This document shows positions 51,816 to 64,000 of a DNA stretch of 64,000 nt, in pieces. The stretch comes from Octopus vulgaris. Its lineage: Eukaryota. The translations under genes were made by a program, and so were the position numbers. Positions within the stretch are counted from its first letter, which is position 1. The number at the start of each line of letters is the position of its first letter. The notes under the pieces are model-generated. The model searched no databases. It saw nothing but the letters and a program-made list of their open reading frames with translations, and was not told the origin of the DNA. The stretch is from assembly GCA_951406725.2 (NCBI GenBank), contig OX597820.1:66464001-66528000 (forward strand), in the 5' to 3' direction.

Positions 51816-53635
51816 AACTACTATCACCGCCACCATCACCATCATCGCCATCACTACCAACACCACTACCATCACTATCACCACCATCCACACTACCCCA
51901 AGCAAGACCACAACCACCATCACCATCATCATCATTGCCAACACACCCATCACCACCTACCATTACCAACACCCATCACTACCATCAACACCCCATCTGC
52001 TTTTGCCAACACCGTCATCACCACCACCACCACCTCCACCTCCACTATCCACCGCCATCACCACTACTGACCAGTAAACCCCATCCCTTCCACCATGCAA
52101 ACACCACCGCCATCAGCACCCACCACCACCTCTCTAAAAGACGCTTATTTCGATGTTGGTGATGGGAAGAAGATGCTGATCGTCGTCTTTGCGCCCTCGT
52201 TACCTCGTTAGCTGCATCATAGCGCAACACAGCAGCGTGTATAAATGTCTTCGTTTGCATTCGGTTTCATTGCTATTGCATTGTGTCATTTCGCAAAAAA
52301 AAAAACAAACAAACAAAAAAAACAACCTGACAACCTAGGAGGGGAGGAGTAGGGGATTGTAGGTGGGGGGAAGCAGAATTTTTTGTTTGTTTATTTGTTT
52401 TTTGGGGGTTTTTGACATGTTTATTATTAGTGGTCTTCCCCCCCCCCCCCACCCCGTTTCCTTTTTTTTTTTCTGCTAGGAGAGGAGAGTGATCCATAGT
52501 TATGTTCTTCTTCTTGTTGCACATTTTTTTTGTTGAGGGGGGCGGACAAGGAAGAGTTGTATTTTCAGGGATGGATTTTGTTTTCATTCCATGTTTTTTG
52601 AAGCAGCAGCAGCAGCAGTAGTTGTAGTAGTAGTGATGGTGGTGGTGATGGTGGTGGTAGTGATGTTTTTTGGAAAGAGAGAGCAAGTGAAATGAAATGT
52701 TCGTTTTTTTTTTTTTAATTATCATCAACATCATCATCATCGTCGTCATTATTATTATTATTATTTATTATTATTATTATTATTAGTGGTGTTTGTTGTA
52801 GTGATGTCATTAACGGCGAAGGTAGTCGTGTTTGTGTGAGAACATGTGTGTGTGAGAACAAGTGTGTGTGTGCGTCCGTGTAAAAGAAAGGGGAGGAGCT
52901 AAAACAACAGAAAATGATGTGGGGTAGAGGCCCTTCCACACACACACACACACACACACAAGCACACATGAGCACACACACATATGTACATATGTACACA
53001 CACCTACATAGACACACACATAAATGCACATGCACATATCTTGCTCCCATGTACATACATGTGTGTTGAGGTAATATGTTTATTGCATGTGTATAGATGT
53101 GTGTGTGTGTGTGTGTATTTGCATGTTCATAAATTACACCTGCACACATGCACTTACACAGGCACACACATACTCACACACTCACAAACACACACAAACA
53201 CACACACACACATGCTCATATGAAAACCTGCAAGATTTCATTAGAGAGCAGGAATTGAAGAATCATAGCTTAGAATTCTTTAATTGTAATGTGGTTAACG
53301 GAGCTCCTCCTGTGAGGATCTAAATGTGTACCGTGACGTAGGTGGTGGCGCCGCCGACAACAGGGGAGGTCTGTGGCAACAGCGACATCAACAACAACCA
53401 GGAAAAGAAGCAGGAAAAGTGTGCTTGGCAATCGGCATTATTATTATTATTATCATTATTATTATTATTATTATTGTTATTGTTATTGTTATTGTTATTG
53501 TTATTGTTGTTGTTGTTATTGTTTAGCAGAAATGTTTAGAGCATTAGACAGGAATATGTTGCAGTGTTTCGTCTCGGTGATTTACGTTCTCGGTTCAAAT
53601 CGTGTTGAGCTCCGTTCTATCCTCTTTTCTTTTTT

Positions 53636-53854
53636 TCTCTTTTACTCTTTTACTTGTCTCAGTCATTTGACTTGCGGCCATGCTGGAGCTCCGCCTTTAG
53701 TCGAGCAACTCAACCCCAGGGCTTATTCTTTGGAATCCTAGCACTTACTCTATCGGTCTCTTTTTGCTGAACCGCTAAGTTATGGGGACGTAAGCACACC
53801 AGCATCGGTTGTCAAGCGATGTTGGGGGGGGGGGAGACAAACACACAAACATAT

Positions 53855-53907
<53 letters not shown>

Positions 53908-54080
53908 TATATATATAGGAGGCCTCTTTCAGTTTCCATCTACCAAATCCAATCACAAGGCTTTGGTCGGCTCGAGGCTATAGTAGAAGATACTTGCCCA
54001 AGGTGCCACGCAGTGGGAATGAATCTGGAACCATGTGGTTTGTAAGCAAGCTACTTACCACACAGCCACTCCTGCACCTA
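53636..54080 (-). mobile_element. SINE family A, full length
   Basis: Tail, internal (TA)n, body and head ending CCACTCCTGCACCTAT. Confidence 0.92.
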
Positions 54081-54129
54081 TATCCTGTTCATTCTTCTAG
54101 AACTACTGCAGAATAATATAACCATGATG

Positions 54130-54420
54130 CCATTAAGGACCACTAAAAGCACCAGTGATGGTGCTGTGTAAAAAGTACTAGTGGTGGCACCATATAAAAA
54201 GGACTGGTGATGGTGGACATGTAAAAAGCATAGGTGATGGGGCCAGCCCCCCCACTACACTCTCAGAGTGGTTGGCATTAGGAAGGGCATCCAGCTGTAG
54301 AAACCAAGCCAAAAGAGACTATGGAACCTGATGCAGCCCCTGGTCTTACCAGCTTCTGTTAAATCGTCCAACCCATGCCAGCGTGGGAAATGGACATTAA
54401 ATGATGATGATGATGATGAT
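54130..54420 (+). mobile_element. Family D element with 26-27 bp tandem units and (GAT)n tail
   Basis: Repeated GTGATGGTG...TAAAAAG, then GAGTGGTTGGCATTAGGAAGGGCATCCAGCTGTAGAAAC...GGACATTAAATGATGATG. Confidence 0.85.
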
Positions 54421-54454
54421 TCCAAATTTATGGCCTCTTGCCTATCTTATAGAT

Positions 54455-54570
54455 CAGAGGTTCTCAACTAGGGTCTGCATAACCATTGGGGGTTCATATA
54501 AGAGTTTGTTGTTAAAAGATTACATGCAATGAATTAATTATACATCTACAACACATTTTTAAACATGGAA
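54455..54570 (+). mobile_element. hAT/Charlie-type MITE left end
   Basis: CAGAGGTTCTCAACTAGGGTC, homologous to 5149-5218. Confidence 0.5.
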
Positions 54571-54698
54571 CCGGCTTTGTATTCTACTAATTTGCTACAG
54601 CATTCATCCAGGGTGGATTAAAACTGTCTGATCTTAACTGATTGAAATTGCTATCATGTATATGTTTCATCTTGCCATAAAAGATGGGCTACAGCAAA

Positions 54699-54992
54699 AG
54701 AGGAAAGTGTCTGTCTTTAGCCCTTTCAAACAGGCCCACCATACTACCTCTATCGCCACAGCCACTAGACAAATAAAAATTGCCTGCCTCTCCCAGCCAA
54801 AAGAGGGCAATCTTCACAATGGTTTCAGCTGATAATCGAATCCATCCTACACATGACAACAGGTGTTCGACATAAACCCATTGGTCAGCAATACTCAGGC
54901 ACTGGACTACAGTGTGCAGAATGGTTTCATTGTTCTGGGCATACGTCAGGCAGCCCCAGCTGATGGCACTTCTGTGCCTGTAAAGTTTATCT
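54699..54992 (-). pseudogene. Decayed L1/Tx1-clade LINE ORF2 C-terminal fragment (zf-RVT-like)
   Basis: ORF 54689-55051 contains DKLYRH..WGCLTYAQNNETILHTVVQCLSIADQW, fitting C-x2-C...ET-x2-H-x4-C...W with the second Cys mutated. Non-repetitive composition. Confidence 0.65.
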
Positions 54993-55120
54993 GCTGAGCT
55001 TGGCTTTGCCTTCAATCTTTTTAGAGTTGATGTAATAACTACTAGTTGCACACTGGAGTTGATGTGATGTACTAGCTCCCCTCCCTACACATTTCAGACT
55101 TTGTGCCTGCAGCAGAAAGG

Positions 55121-55122
<2 letters not shown>
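54993..55122 (+). mobile_element. SINE family C, diverged 3' part
   Basis: GGCTTTGCCTTCAATC...CACACTGGAGTTGATG...TTGTGCCTGCAGCAGAAAGG followed by (ATT)n. Confidence 0.7.
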
Positions 55123-55167
<45 letters not shown>

Positions 55168-56079
55168 CATTATTGCTAATATGAAACAGTAGTTGTAGTG
55201 GTCATTGTTGGAGTGATCTTGGTGGCTGATCATGGTGACGGTGGTGTTGGATGCAGTGGTAGATTATACAAGTAATGCAAATCAATAATATTTGAAGGAG
55301 GATAAGTGTTATTGACGACGATGTGGTCTGTCATGGTCATTATGACAGCGACAACAATTGCAATGGTTTCGTTCGTTATCCCTATTATTATTATTATTAT
55401 TATCACTACTCCCACTATTATTATTATCATCATCATCATCATCATCATTCTGCTAATATGAAACATTGGTTTTAAAATGTGTGAAAACTTAATAGTGATG
55501 TGTCTCATTTTTGTTCTTCAGAGATTTCCTCTTTTTATTTTTAGTTATTCCGGTTTTTTTTTACAATTATATCCTTTTTGTATTTTTCTTGCTTTCTATC
55601 CTCTCTCTCCCCTCCACCTCCCACCCATTTTCATTGATTTTTTTTTTTTTATATAGTATTCTTTAATTCATTTATTTATTTATTCATTCATTATTTGGTT
55701 GTTATTCTTCATTTAACGGCAATGAATAGTGTCAATTCTATAGAGCTAATATTGGTTCACTCCTGGAATGTTACCGACAGTTTAACATTACAACCCAAAT
55801 ACAACTGGTGTCTCTCTCTTGGAACTACTCCTTTATATAATTTTATGTTTATTTAATTTACTCTCAAGACGTATCAGATTTTTAATTTTTTCTTTTTTTG
55901 GTATTGTTACAAATTTATGGTGGAAAGGGGAAAAAAAAGGAGAAGAAAAAACTTCTTTTTTTTTTTTATACTGCAGAGCAAGCAATTTGAAACTCACACC
56001 TCTTGATTTGTTTATTAATGTTTGAGTTTTAATATTTACTCAACTTTGTCCCAAGATAATTTACTTTATGACAATGATT

Positions 56080-56278
56080 ATGATGGATTTGAAACATGAT
56101 GAGTAAGCAGTTTCAAATCTGCTTCCTTGCACTTAAATATGTCATCTGTGATAATCGCAGTGATGGTTTATAGTCGAAGATGCTTTAGATTTGGCAATCA
56201 TGGTAATGATGACGGTGATGATCTAGACTGAAATTCCTGCATTTTGAAGTTCCTAGTAAACAGTTTCAAATCCATCCC
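56080..56278. mobile_element. MITE-like element of about 200 bp
   Basis: Perfect 14-bp inverted repeat GATGGATTTGAAAC (56082-56095) / GTTTCAAATCCATC (56263-56276), plus an internal partial copy near 56110. Confidence 0.5.
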
Positions 56279-57440
56279 TTTATTTTCCACAACTGCAACG
56301 TTTTAAATTCATGTTTTAACTCTTACAAACCTGCTTTAGAACATGGAAAAGTGCATGTTAAAACAATGATGATGATAATACATCAGTCCGGATACTTTGT
56401 CTGGTGCTTATTTCATCCTATATACTAATTATATATCTGTATCAGTAATCATGGATTTTTGTCTTAGCACACAATTGCTAGTCAATACTTATTATTGATG
56501 AAGCTCAGTCACACAGAAATGCACAGTTAGCAATGCCATCACCACTGCCAGTCAATTTTCATCTGCTTCTCGCATATTTTTGTACTTTTTAACACTGTAC
56601 ATCTATAGTAGATACTATCTTGCAGCAAAAATACCTCAGTTAACTTGGCTTTCCATGATGTATCTGCATTAGGTATGATACATAGGTTACTATTTTAAAC
56701 TAATATTGCTTCTGTTGCACAGAAATAATAACCAGTTTTTCACAGAGCATAGTATCAATTTACCGACCCCTAGGTTATGGGTCCAGCATGCTTCCACTGC
56801 ATCACTCTGCTTAATGCAAAAACTTCAGCAAATATGTAATGTATTTAATGTATTATGTTTTATATTGTCTGTTCTGAGTTGTATTGCTTCTATCACATCA
56901 TCCATCATATTCTATAAATGTTTCTCCCTAGTGCAGAAGAAGCAAGCTCGCTAGTCCATCTACTATAATAATTGGTAATGTGTCTTCATCTCTTTCTCTC
57001 TTCCTCTCGTTGCACATCAAAGACAATTAGCTGCTATGATATTTTTACTGTCTCTCTGTATTTTTATTGAATCACTGACAAGTCCCTTCAGTTTGCTGGC
57101 AACTGAGTAGCAATGTACTTAATAAGTTTAACTGTCAATAAAAAAATTGTGTTTCGTTATATTTTATTATTTAATAAATGATAAAGAGGGAAACATGTAT
57201 TTTATTCAATTAATTCCTTTAAATGCAATTTGCCTGAACATTCATCTCCATCCATGGATTTTTCCATGGGTGCCCACTCATTTTATTAAAGACAAAAAGG
57301 AAATGCCTTCTTTGACGTTAAGAGAAGATAATATGTATGGACTTAAATACAGTGCCTCTATGAATGCACTATCCAATGTGTCATTCTGTCTCTAAATGAT
57401 GTAAGAGATATTTGGCTGCTATATATATATATATATATAT

Positions 57441-57776
57441 AGGCGCATGGCTCAGTGGTTAGAGCGTCGAGCTTACGATCGTGAGGTTGTGAGCTCGAAT
57501 CCCGGACCGGGCTGGGTGTTGTGTTCTTGAGCAAGGCACTTTATTTCACGTTGCTCCAGTTCACTCAGCTGTAGAAATGAGTTGCGACGTCACTGGTGCC
57601 AAGCTGTATCGACCTTTGTCTTTCTCTTGGATAACACTGGTGGCATGGAGAGGGGAGGCCGGTATGCATGGGCGACTGCTGGTCTTCCATAAACAACCTT
57701 GCCCGGACTTGTGTCTAGGAGGGTAACTTTCTAGGTGCAATCCCATGGTCATTCATGACCGAACGGGGTCTTTACC

Positions 57777-57780
<4 letters not shown>
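57441..57780 (+). mobile_element. SINE family B, full length, CpG-rich (probably young)
   Basis: A box TGGCTCAGTGG, B-box-like GCTCGAATCC, head resembling tRNA-Met/Val, (TA)n on both sides. Confidence 0.92.
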
Positions 57781-57810
<30 letters not shown>

Positions 57811-58202
57811 TCTCTTTTACTTGTTTCAGTCATTTGACTGTGGCCATGCTGGAGCACTGCCTTTAGTCGAGGAAATCGCCCCCCCAGGTCTTATTCTTTG
57901 TAAGCCTAGTACTTATTCTATCGGTCTCTTTTGCCGAACCACTAAGTTACAGTTACGTAAACACACCAGCATCAGTTGACAAGCAATGTTGGGGGGACAA
58001 ACACAGACACACAAACACAAACACACACATATATACGACGGGCTTATATATATATATATATATACTTTCAGTTTCCATCTACAAGGCTTTGGTCGGCCCG
58101 AGGCTATAGTAGAAGACAATTGCCCAAGGTGCCACGCAGTGAGACTGAACCTTGAACCATGTGGTTGGTAAGCAAGCTACTTACCACGCAGCCACTCCTG
58201 CG

Positions 58203-58206
<4 letters not shown>
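57811..58206 (-). mobile_element. SINE family A, tail-to-tail with family B
   Basis: Tail to head (GCCACTCCTGCGCCTA), with (TA)n on both sides. Confidence 0.92.
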
Positions 58207-58241
<35 letters not shown>

Positions 58242-58317
58242 CAGGGCCAAGCGTCCATGTTAGAGCTTCTCTCATTGGCTCGTTTTCAATATTAGATGCT
58301 TGTTGATTTTGCTGTTA

Positions 58318-58680
58318 TTTTATGCTTTTACCTGTTTTAGTCATTGGACTACGACCATGCTGGAGTACTGCTACTGCCCTGAAGGGGTTAGTTGATCAAA
58401 TCAACACTGGTAGTTAGTGGCAAACACAAAGACTGGCACATATATATTAATATATTTGTGTGTGTGTGTGTGTGTGTATATGTATACACACACACATATA
58501 TATACATGTATGAATGTATGTATAAGCCTTCCACACTGTTTCCATCTGCGAAATTGTCTCACAAGACATTGGTTAGTCTGGAGGTGTAGCAGATACTTGA
58601 CCAGGGTGCCAAGCAGTAAGACTGAACCTGAAACCATATGGTTGCAGGGTAAACTTCTGAACTACACAGCCATGCTTGCA
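58318..58680 (-). mobile_element. Old, diverged SINE family A copy
   Basis: CCATGCTGGAGTACTGC and GACTGAACCTGAAACCATATGGTTG. Confidence 0.65.
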
Positions 58681-58809
58681 TTTATTGGCCCTTTGGGTGG
58701 TGAGGATAATGGGATTTGTTTTCACCAATGAAAGATCTCTCTCTCTATCTCTCTATCTATTTATTTATCTCTCTATCTATCTATATTTATTTTAAAAGAC
58801 TCTTTTTGT

Positions 58810-59050
58810 TGTTTATTGTAACCCCAGGTCAGTTATGGCCAAGCAAACCCATGATCAAAGACATTCCAGCAATGACCTGCCAAATTTGTTTCTTTTTCTT
58901 TTTATTTTGCTTTGTTCATTCAGTTGTTGTTCTTATAGCTACATTATCCATTGACTCCTTCCTTTCTAAGATAGCAGGAAAGTAGTTTGAAGGAGACTTG
59001 GCTGTTATTTCTTGAAGATCGAGTGACCAGTTTGAGGGTCCGTCATTGAC
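58810..59050 (-). mobile_element. Old interspersed repeat family G with (AAC)n end
   Basis: AACCCCAGGTCA...ATGATCAAAG...GGCTGTTATTTC; related pieces at 13070, 21860-21930 (opposite strand), 59840-60065 and 62570. Confidence 0.6.
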
Positions 59051-59839
59051 CCATTTCAGGTCATATAATAGTCGATCAGCCAACCAATCATATTGGGAAG
59101 GGTTTTATTTTTATTGTTTGTTTTTCATCATTTAAAGGCTCTTCCCTGTCCCCTCACCCTTCTCTCTCTCTTTCTTTTTTTTTTCAGAGAAGCTATTTAT
59201 ATACTCTGGTAATTTTCAAATAAACGATGTTTCTTTCCATTAGAGAATATCCTCATTTTTATCATCTGTTCATCTTTTTGCAGTTTCCTTCTTTCAATAA
59301 TTAAGAAAGAAAAAAAAGAGAAAATTAAAATTTCAAAAAAAAAGAAAAAGAAGCAACAGAGATAAGAAATCAAAAAAAAAACCAACCTGCCACACCCACC
59401 CCACCCCATCCACCCCTGCCACCATCAAGAACGGTAATTGTTGTTCTTGTGAAATCTTAATAAAGCATTGTATTAGTTTTGGAATAACCAAAAGACACTT
59501 GTTCACTTGTTTTATTTTTGTTTTGGTTGGGAATCTTCTGGTCTTCAGCGCTCTGTTCTGAATTCTACCACGGATGATTGCTTCTGGTTATTTCTGTACG
59601 CACACAACGCACACAACGCTGAAGACTTGCGAATACTCCCTCAAGTTTATCATATTTGGCATTGTTTTTCTTTTTGTTGTTTTGCTATTTTACCATCTTT
59701 TTGTTTTTTTCTTTGTAATGATGGAGGCGGTAGTTGAGAAATGGCTGTCTTCTTCTTAGAGTTTTTTTTTTTTTTTTAGAAATTTTTTTTCTTTTCACTT
59801 GTTTTTCTTTAAAATTTTCAATTTTCAGCTGTTGTTTTT

Positions 59840-60065
59840 TTGGTTGTTGTTTAGCCCCAGGTCAACCTTTGATCAAGCTGACCTATGATCAAGGAGCTTT
59901 CCATCTGTGACCATCTAGTCTTTTATTCCTTCCTATGTATGTGCAAGTAATCAAGGATTACATTTTCTGGTGTGTTGTGTTACTTTTTTCTTTAGGAAGG
60001 TCAGGTATGATTTGTTGGAGTTTTTGCTGCTATTTCTAGCAAATTGAGTTATCATGAAGAGGTTT
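59840..60065 (-). mobile_element. Old interspersed repeat family G
   Basis: GTTTAGCCCCAGGTCA...CCTATGATCAAGG...GCTGCTATTTCTAGC. Confidence 0.6.
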
Positions 60066-61082
60066 CAGCTAATAGCAGATGATGATGGTGGTGGTGGTGG
60101 TGATGGTGGTGGTGAAAGCAAAAACAAATGGTGAAGCTGGTGGTGGTGGTGGTGGTGGTGGTGGTTTTGGTGATGATGGTGGAGACACTGGGAATGGGTA
60201 GTTGTGTGATGGTGCAGTGGTAGTAGTAATAGGAGCAGAATTGAAAAGAGGTGGCGGTACCAAACACAATTGCGGTGATTGTAGTCATGGAGACAAATGG
60301 TTGCAATGATAGTTGTGGTGGTGGTGGTCATGGTGCCAGTGATGTTGGTGATATAAGATGAAATGTGGAGATGGTTGTTGTTTTTGCTGTTGTTGTTGTT
60401 GTGGTGGTGGTGGTGGTGTCTAAACAATGGTACTTTATCTGAGCAGATGGCAAAAACCATTCTTTGCTATCTACGAGGAATGAGAAAGAAGCCGAAGAGT
60501 CCTATAAATTTAGTTTGGCAGAGCTAGTGTTGCTGATGATTCAAACAGGATGCTGATTGGGGGGTGGTGGGATGGGTAGGGGACTGCTTTGGGATGGGTG
60601 GGGGTCGGCCATTGTTCCTTTTGATCGATACCAATATCAAAAGAGTGATTGAGATGTGTGTAGTTAACAATACACCACACTCTCTCTCCCTCTCTCTTTC
60701 TGCCACACACATACACACACACATATATATGTGCATTCATGCATGTACATGCACACACACTCCTACCATATGCATACAATGTATGCACTACCCTTGCGAT
60801 CGTACACCCACATACAGTAACCATGCACATGCATACAGACATGCGCAGTCGCCAACCGCATACACAAACCACTCTCTGTCCTCTTACACACACACTTGCA
60901 TCTGTGTGCATACACATGCACACTCTTGCAGCTCCATAAGCACATTTATGCTCCCTGTGCACACGCGCATCCCCATATGCATACATACACACATATGCAA
61001 ACACACTTGCATCTCTATATACACACACTCACATACATTCAGTCCCTGGGCACACGAACACACACACTTATATTGCGATATA

Positions 61083-61140
<58 letters not shown>

Positions 61141-61244
61141 CATACATCCATGCACATACCTGTTTCACCAGTATCTATCTTATATGCACAGATTTTCATC
61201 TCCATATATACACACATCTGTGTTTGTGTGTATGTGAATGTATA

Positions 61245-61285
<41 letters not shown>

Positions 61286-61631
61286 GTTTGTGTGTATACA
61301 CATATATATATACATCTATATATATGTACACACATACATTTATTTATACATACATATATATACACACACACACACATATATATATACATACATACACATA
61401 TACATACATACATATACACACACACTCGCATCTCTGTATAGACACATTTATACTGCCACATACAAATACACACACCCACATACATACACATAGTATTTCA
61501 ATCATACATACATACTCTAACATGCATATGCTCTCATTTACATACACACACACACACACACATATATGTGTGCGTATGTGTTTCCTTTTCTGTTTGTTTA
61601 ATCTTTCCTTTTATTCCAAAAGTTATTCCTG

Positions 61632-61678
<47 letters not shown>

Positions 61679-62037
61679 TGTCCTTTCCCTTAAGTATAGA
61701 GATTGGTAAACCACCGTTAAAACAATGCCAGATGTAACGGAGGACAAAAATTGATTTTACGCTGTTTTGTTACATCCCTGTATGTTATTTACTTCGAATC
61801 CTGCCAGGATTCACTCTGCCATTCTTCATTCTTATCTGAGTTGGATAAATAAGTACTTGTCAAATGCCTGAAGTACCAGTAAAATACGTGGGTTGGGAAA
61901 AAAATAAGTAACAGTAGAACTTTTGAGATTTGATAGTATATATGCACCAGTAAAAAACTAGGGATTAACAGAATGAGTACCTGTCAAATATTGAGGTGGA
62001 TAAACATATACACACACATACATACATATATATATAT

Positions 62038-62200
62038 CATCATCATCATCATCATCGTTTAGCGTCCGTTTTCCATGCTAGCATAAGTTGGACGGTTCAA
62101 CTGTGGTCTGTGAATCCGGAAGGCTTCATCAGGCCTAGTCAGATCTGGCAGTGTTTCTACGGCTGGATGCCCTTCCTAACACCAGAATGCCCTTCCTAAT
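62038..62200 (-). mobile_element. Family D 3' part
   Basis: (CAT)n CGTTTAGCGTCCGTTTTCCATGCTAGC...GGCTGGATGCCCTTCCTAAC. Confidence 0.85.
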
Positions 62201-62242
62201 GCATATATATATGCATATATATATATATATATATACATATAT

Positions 62243-62408
62243 ACAACGGGCTACTTTTCAATTTCCGTCAACCAAATCCACTCACAAGGCTTTGGTCAGC
62301 CCGAGGCTATAGTAGAAGACACTTGCCCAAGGTGCCACGCAGTGGGAATGAACCCGGAACCATGTGGTTGCTAAGCAAGCTACTTACCACAGAGCCACTC
62401 CTGCGCCT
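62243..62408 (-). mobile_element. SINE family A, 5' half
   Basis: CCAAATCCACTCACAAGGC...GCCACTCCTGCGCCT. Confidence 0.9.
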
Positions 62409-63395
62409 GTGTGTAACTCCAAAATCAATGTGTATCTCTTGCACTTCTGTGTAACCCAACAATTATTCTACTTGCGCATTGCTTAAAATCTTAAGACTAA
62501 AACTGCTTTCTTTCAGAATCTGAGAGTATCTGGTGTTTTTATTGGGCTGCCTTCTTTGCCATTGTTGTAGTTATTTAGCTCCAGGCCAGCACTGATCTAA
62601 TAGATTTTATGATCAGAACTGTTCCAGCTTTGATCGTTCTGTGTTTATATAACATAGACACCTACTTCGGATTTTTCTGCTGAAATATAATGGTTTTCTT
62701 TCAATTAATTTTGAATCTAAGGAGGAGGAGGAGAAAGAGGAGTCTTCTGCAATTTCTTGTAGTTTAAGCAATCAATCAGATGCTTGGATCATTGATGTTG
62801 TTGTTTAACCAACCTTAAGTCAGGTCCTGTTCAACTGGTCATTGCAGCGAAAGGTGATATTATATTTTGTTGAGACATAGTGTACCTAAGACTACGTTAT
62901 TTAATGTGTTTTTTCAGCTGGAACATCTTCACTCATAAATCAGCTCAATCTGGGATGATCGATGGTTAAACAAACAAACAAACAAACAGCAGAACAACAA
63001 CTAGCTATCCAATGAATCTTTCATTGTCTTACAGTTGAGGTTGTCACTTAGTTTTTGAGGCCCCTTTCTTAAAGACAAAATATAAAGAAAAAAAAAAAGA
63101 AAAAAAGGGAAAATAGTTAGATTTCAGTAGGTATCGATAGATAGATAAATGTATAAAATAAAATGAATAATATATAGATAAATGGAAAGTGAGCCTTTTA
63201 TGGGGTTTTTTGGGGTTGTCTTTTTTTTTTTTTTTTTCTATTTGTATTTTGTAAATGTTTGTTTTCTACAACATGGAAATAAGATATAAACGACAGCTCC
63301 CTTTTATTTGTTTAGCAATATACAGTGAAGAACCAAGACCAGAAAAGAAAGGAATAAATAAGTTAATAAGAAAAAAGAAAGAATTACAAATAATA

Positions 63396-63432
<37 letters not shown>

Positions 63433-64000
63433 TAATAATAATAAATACATAAATAAATAAAGTATTTATGAAAACCCTTCTTGCTTCTCTGAAAGAATTG
63501 TGTGTTTTATTGCATTCAGTTCATCTCTTTAACAGTTTATCTTTGATGCAGAACTCTTTTCCAAGATCTTTTCTCCATGCTAGTGGTTCTGTTTATCGAA
63601 ATAGCATTCTGTAAAAACAACAGCTCCTGTGAATTATTAGCTAATGTTTGCAACAGTTCTACAACAAGCCTGCTTGCTGCTTTTGTAGTCAAAGAGAGAT
63701 TGAGAGAGAGATTGAGAAGTAGAAAGAGAGAGAGGGAGGGGGAGATTGCTAGAGTGAGAGAGAGAGAGAGAATGAGAGAGATTTTGCGATACAGATACAT
63801 GCTCCGTTTGCATTGCCATTAGCAGGAGCAGCTTGAAGAATTTACTCTTTTGGAACCAAGTATCTAACCAAACTGCTGATTGTCTGCACTCTTGTTTTTT
63901 GGCCTGGAGTTTCTTTTATTATTATATTTTTTATTTTTTTATTTTTTTGTGTATGTACGTGCATATTTATATATGTATATATGTATGTTTTTTTATTTTG

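Noticed and set aside
51325-52162. 250-273 aa ORFs with ADTSI / HLHRR / PPSPT repeats resembling mucin or His-rich proteins
   Set aside because: All frames and both strands are open because of a stop-free minisatellite, and 16-bp units shift the frame.
56096-56110. C-box-like ATGATGA inside a hairpin (possible snoRNA)
   Set aside because: No appropriately placed D box; better explained by the MITE-like inverted repeats.
56925-56990. Helitron-like ends (GCTAGT followed by ATCTACTATAATAA)
   Set aside because: No clear subterminal hairpin and no second copy in the window.
57441-57515. tRNA genes at SINE heads (families A, B, E)
   Set aside because: A/B boxes are present but there is no complete cloverleaf, and each continues into a SINE body.

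Overview
AT-rich eukaryotic intronic or intergenic DNA. The SINE families and microsatellite load match what I recall from Octopus (coleoid cephalopod) genomes; that is an inference, not a database result. No host protein-coding exon can be supported. The ORF track is almost entirely translated microsatellite (YI/HT/CV, poly-H/M/V/T) or SINE sequence. The window is a mosaic of (TA)/(TG)/(GATA)/(ATT)/(GGT) simple repeats and interspersed repeats. These include four tRNA-headed SINE families (my labels A, B, C, E), a (GAT)n-tailed family D, a roughly 550-bp element found inside (TAA)n arrays, MITE ends and one decayed L1/Tx1 ORF2 fragment. The most interesting signal is about six dispersed hammerhead-ribozyme-like motifs of at least three architectures. 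One is near-canonical (44827-44861, minus strand), and several lie 50-110 nt from (TA)n tracts, consistent with termini of Penelope-like or retrozyme-type elements. Other items worth checking: (TAA)n-targeted tandem insertions, a 25-bp exact duplication at a SINE breakpoint, a triplicated hairpin unit, a 65-bp double-hairpin array and close inverted SINE pairs (possible ADAR substrates).
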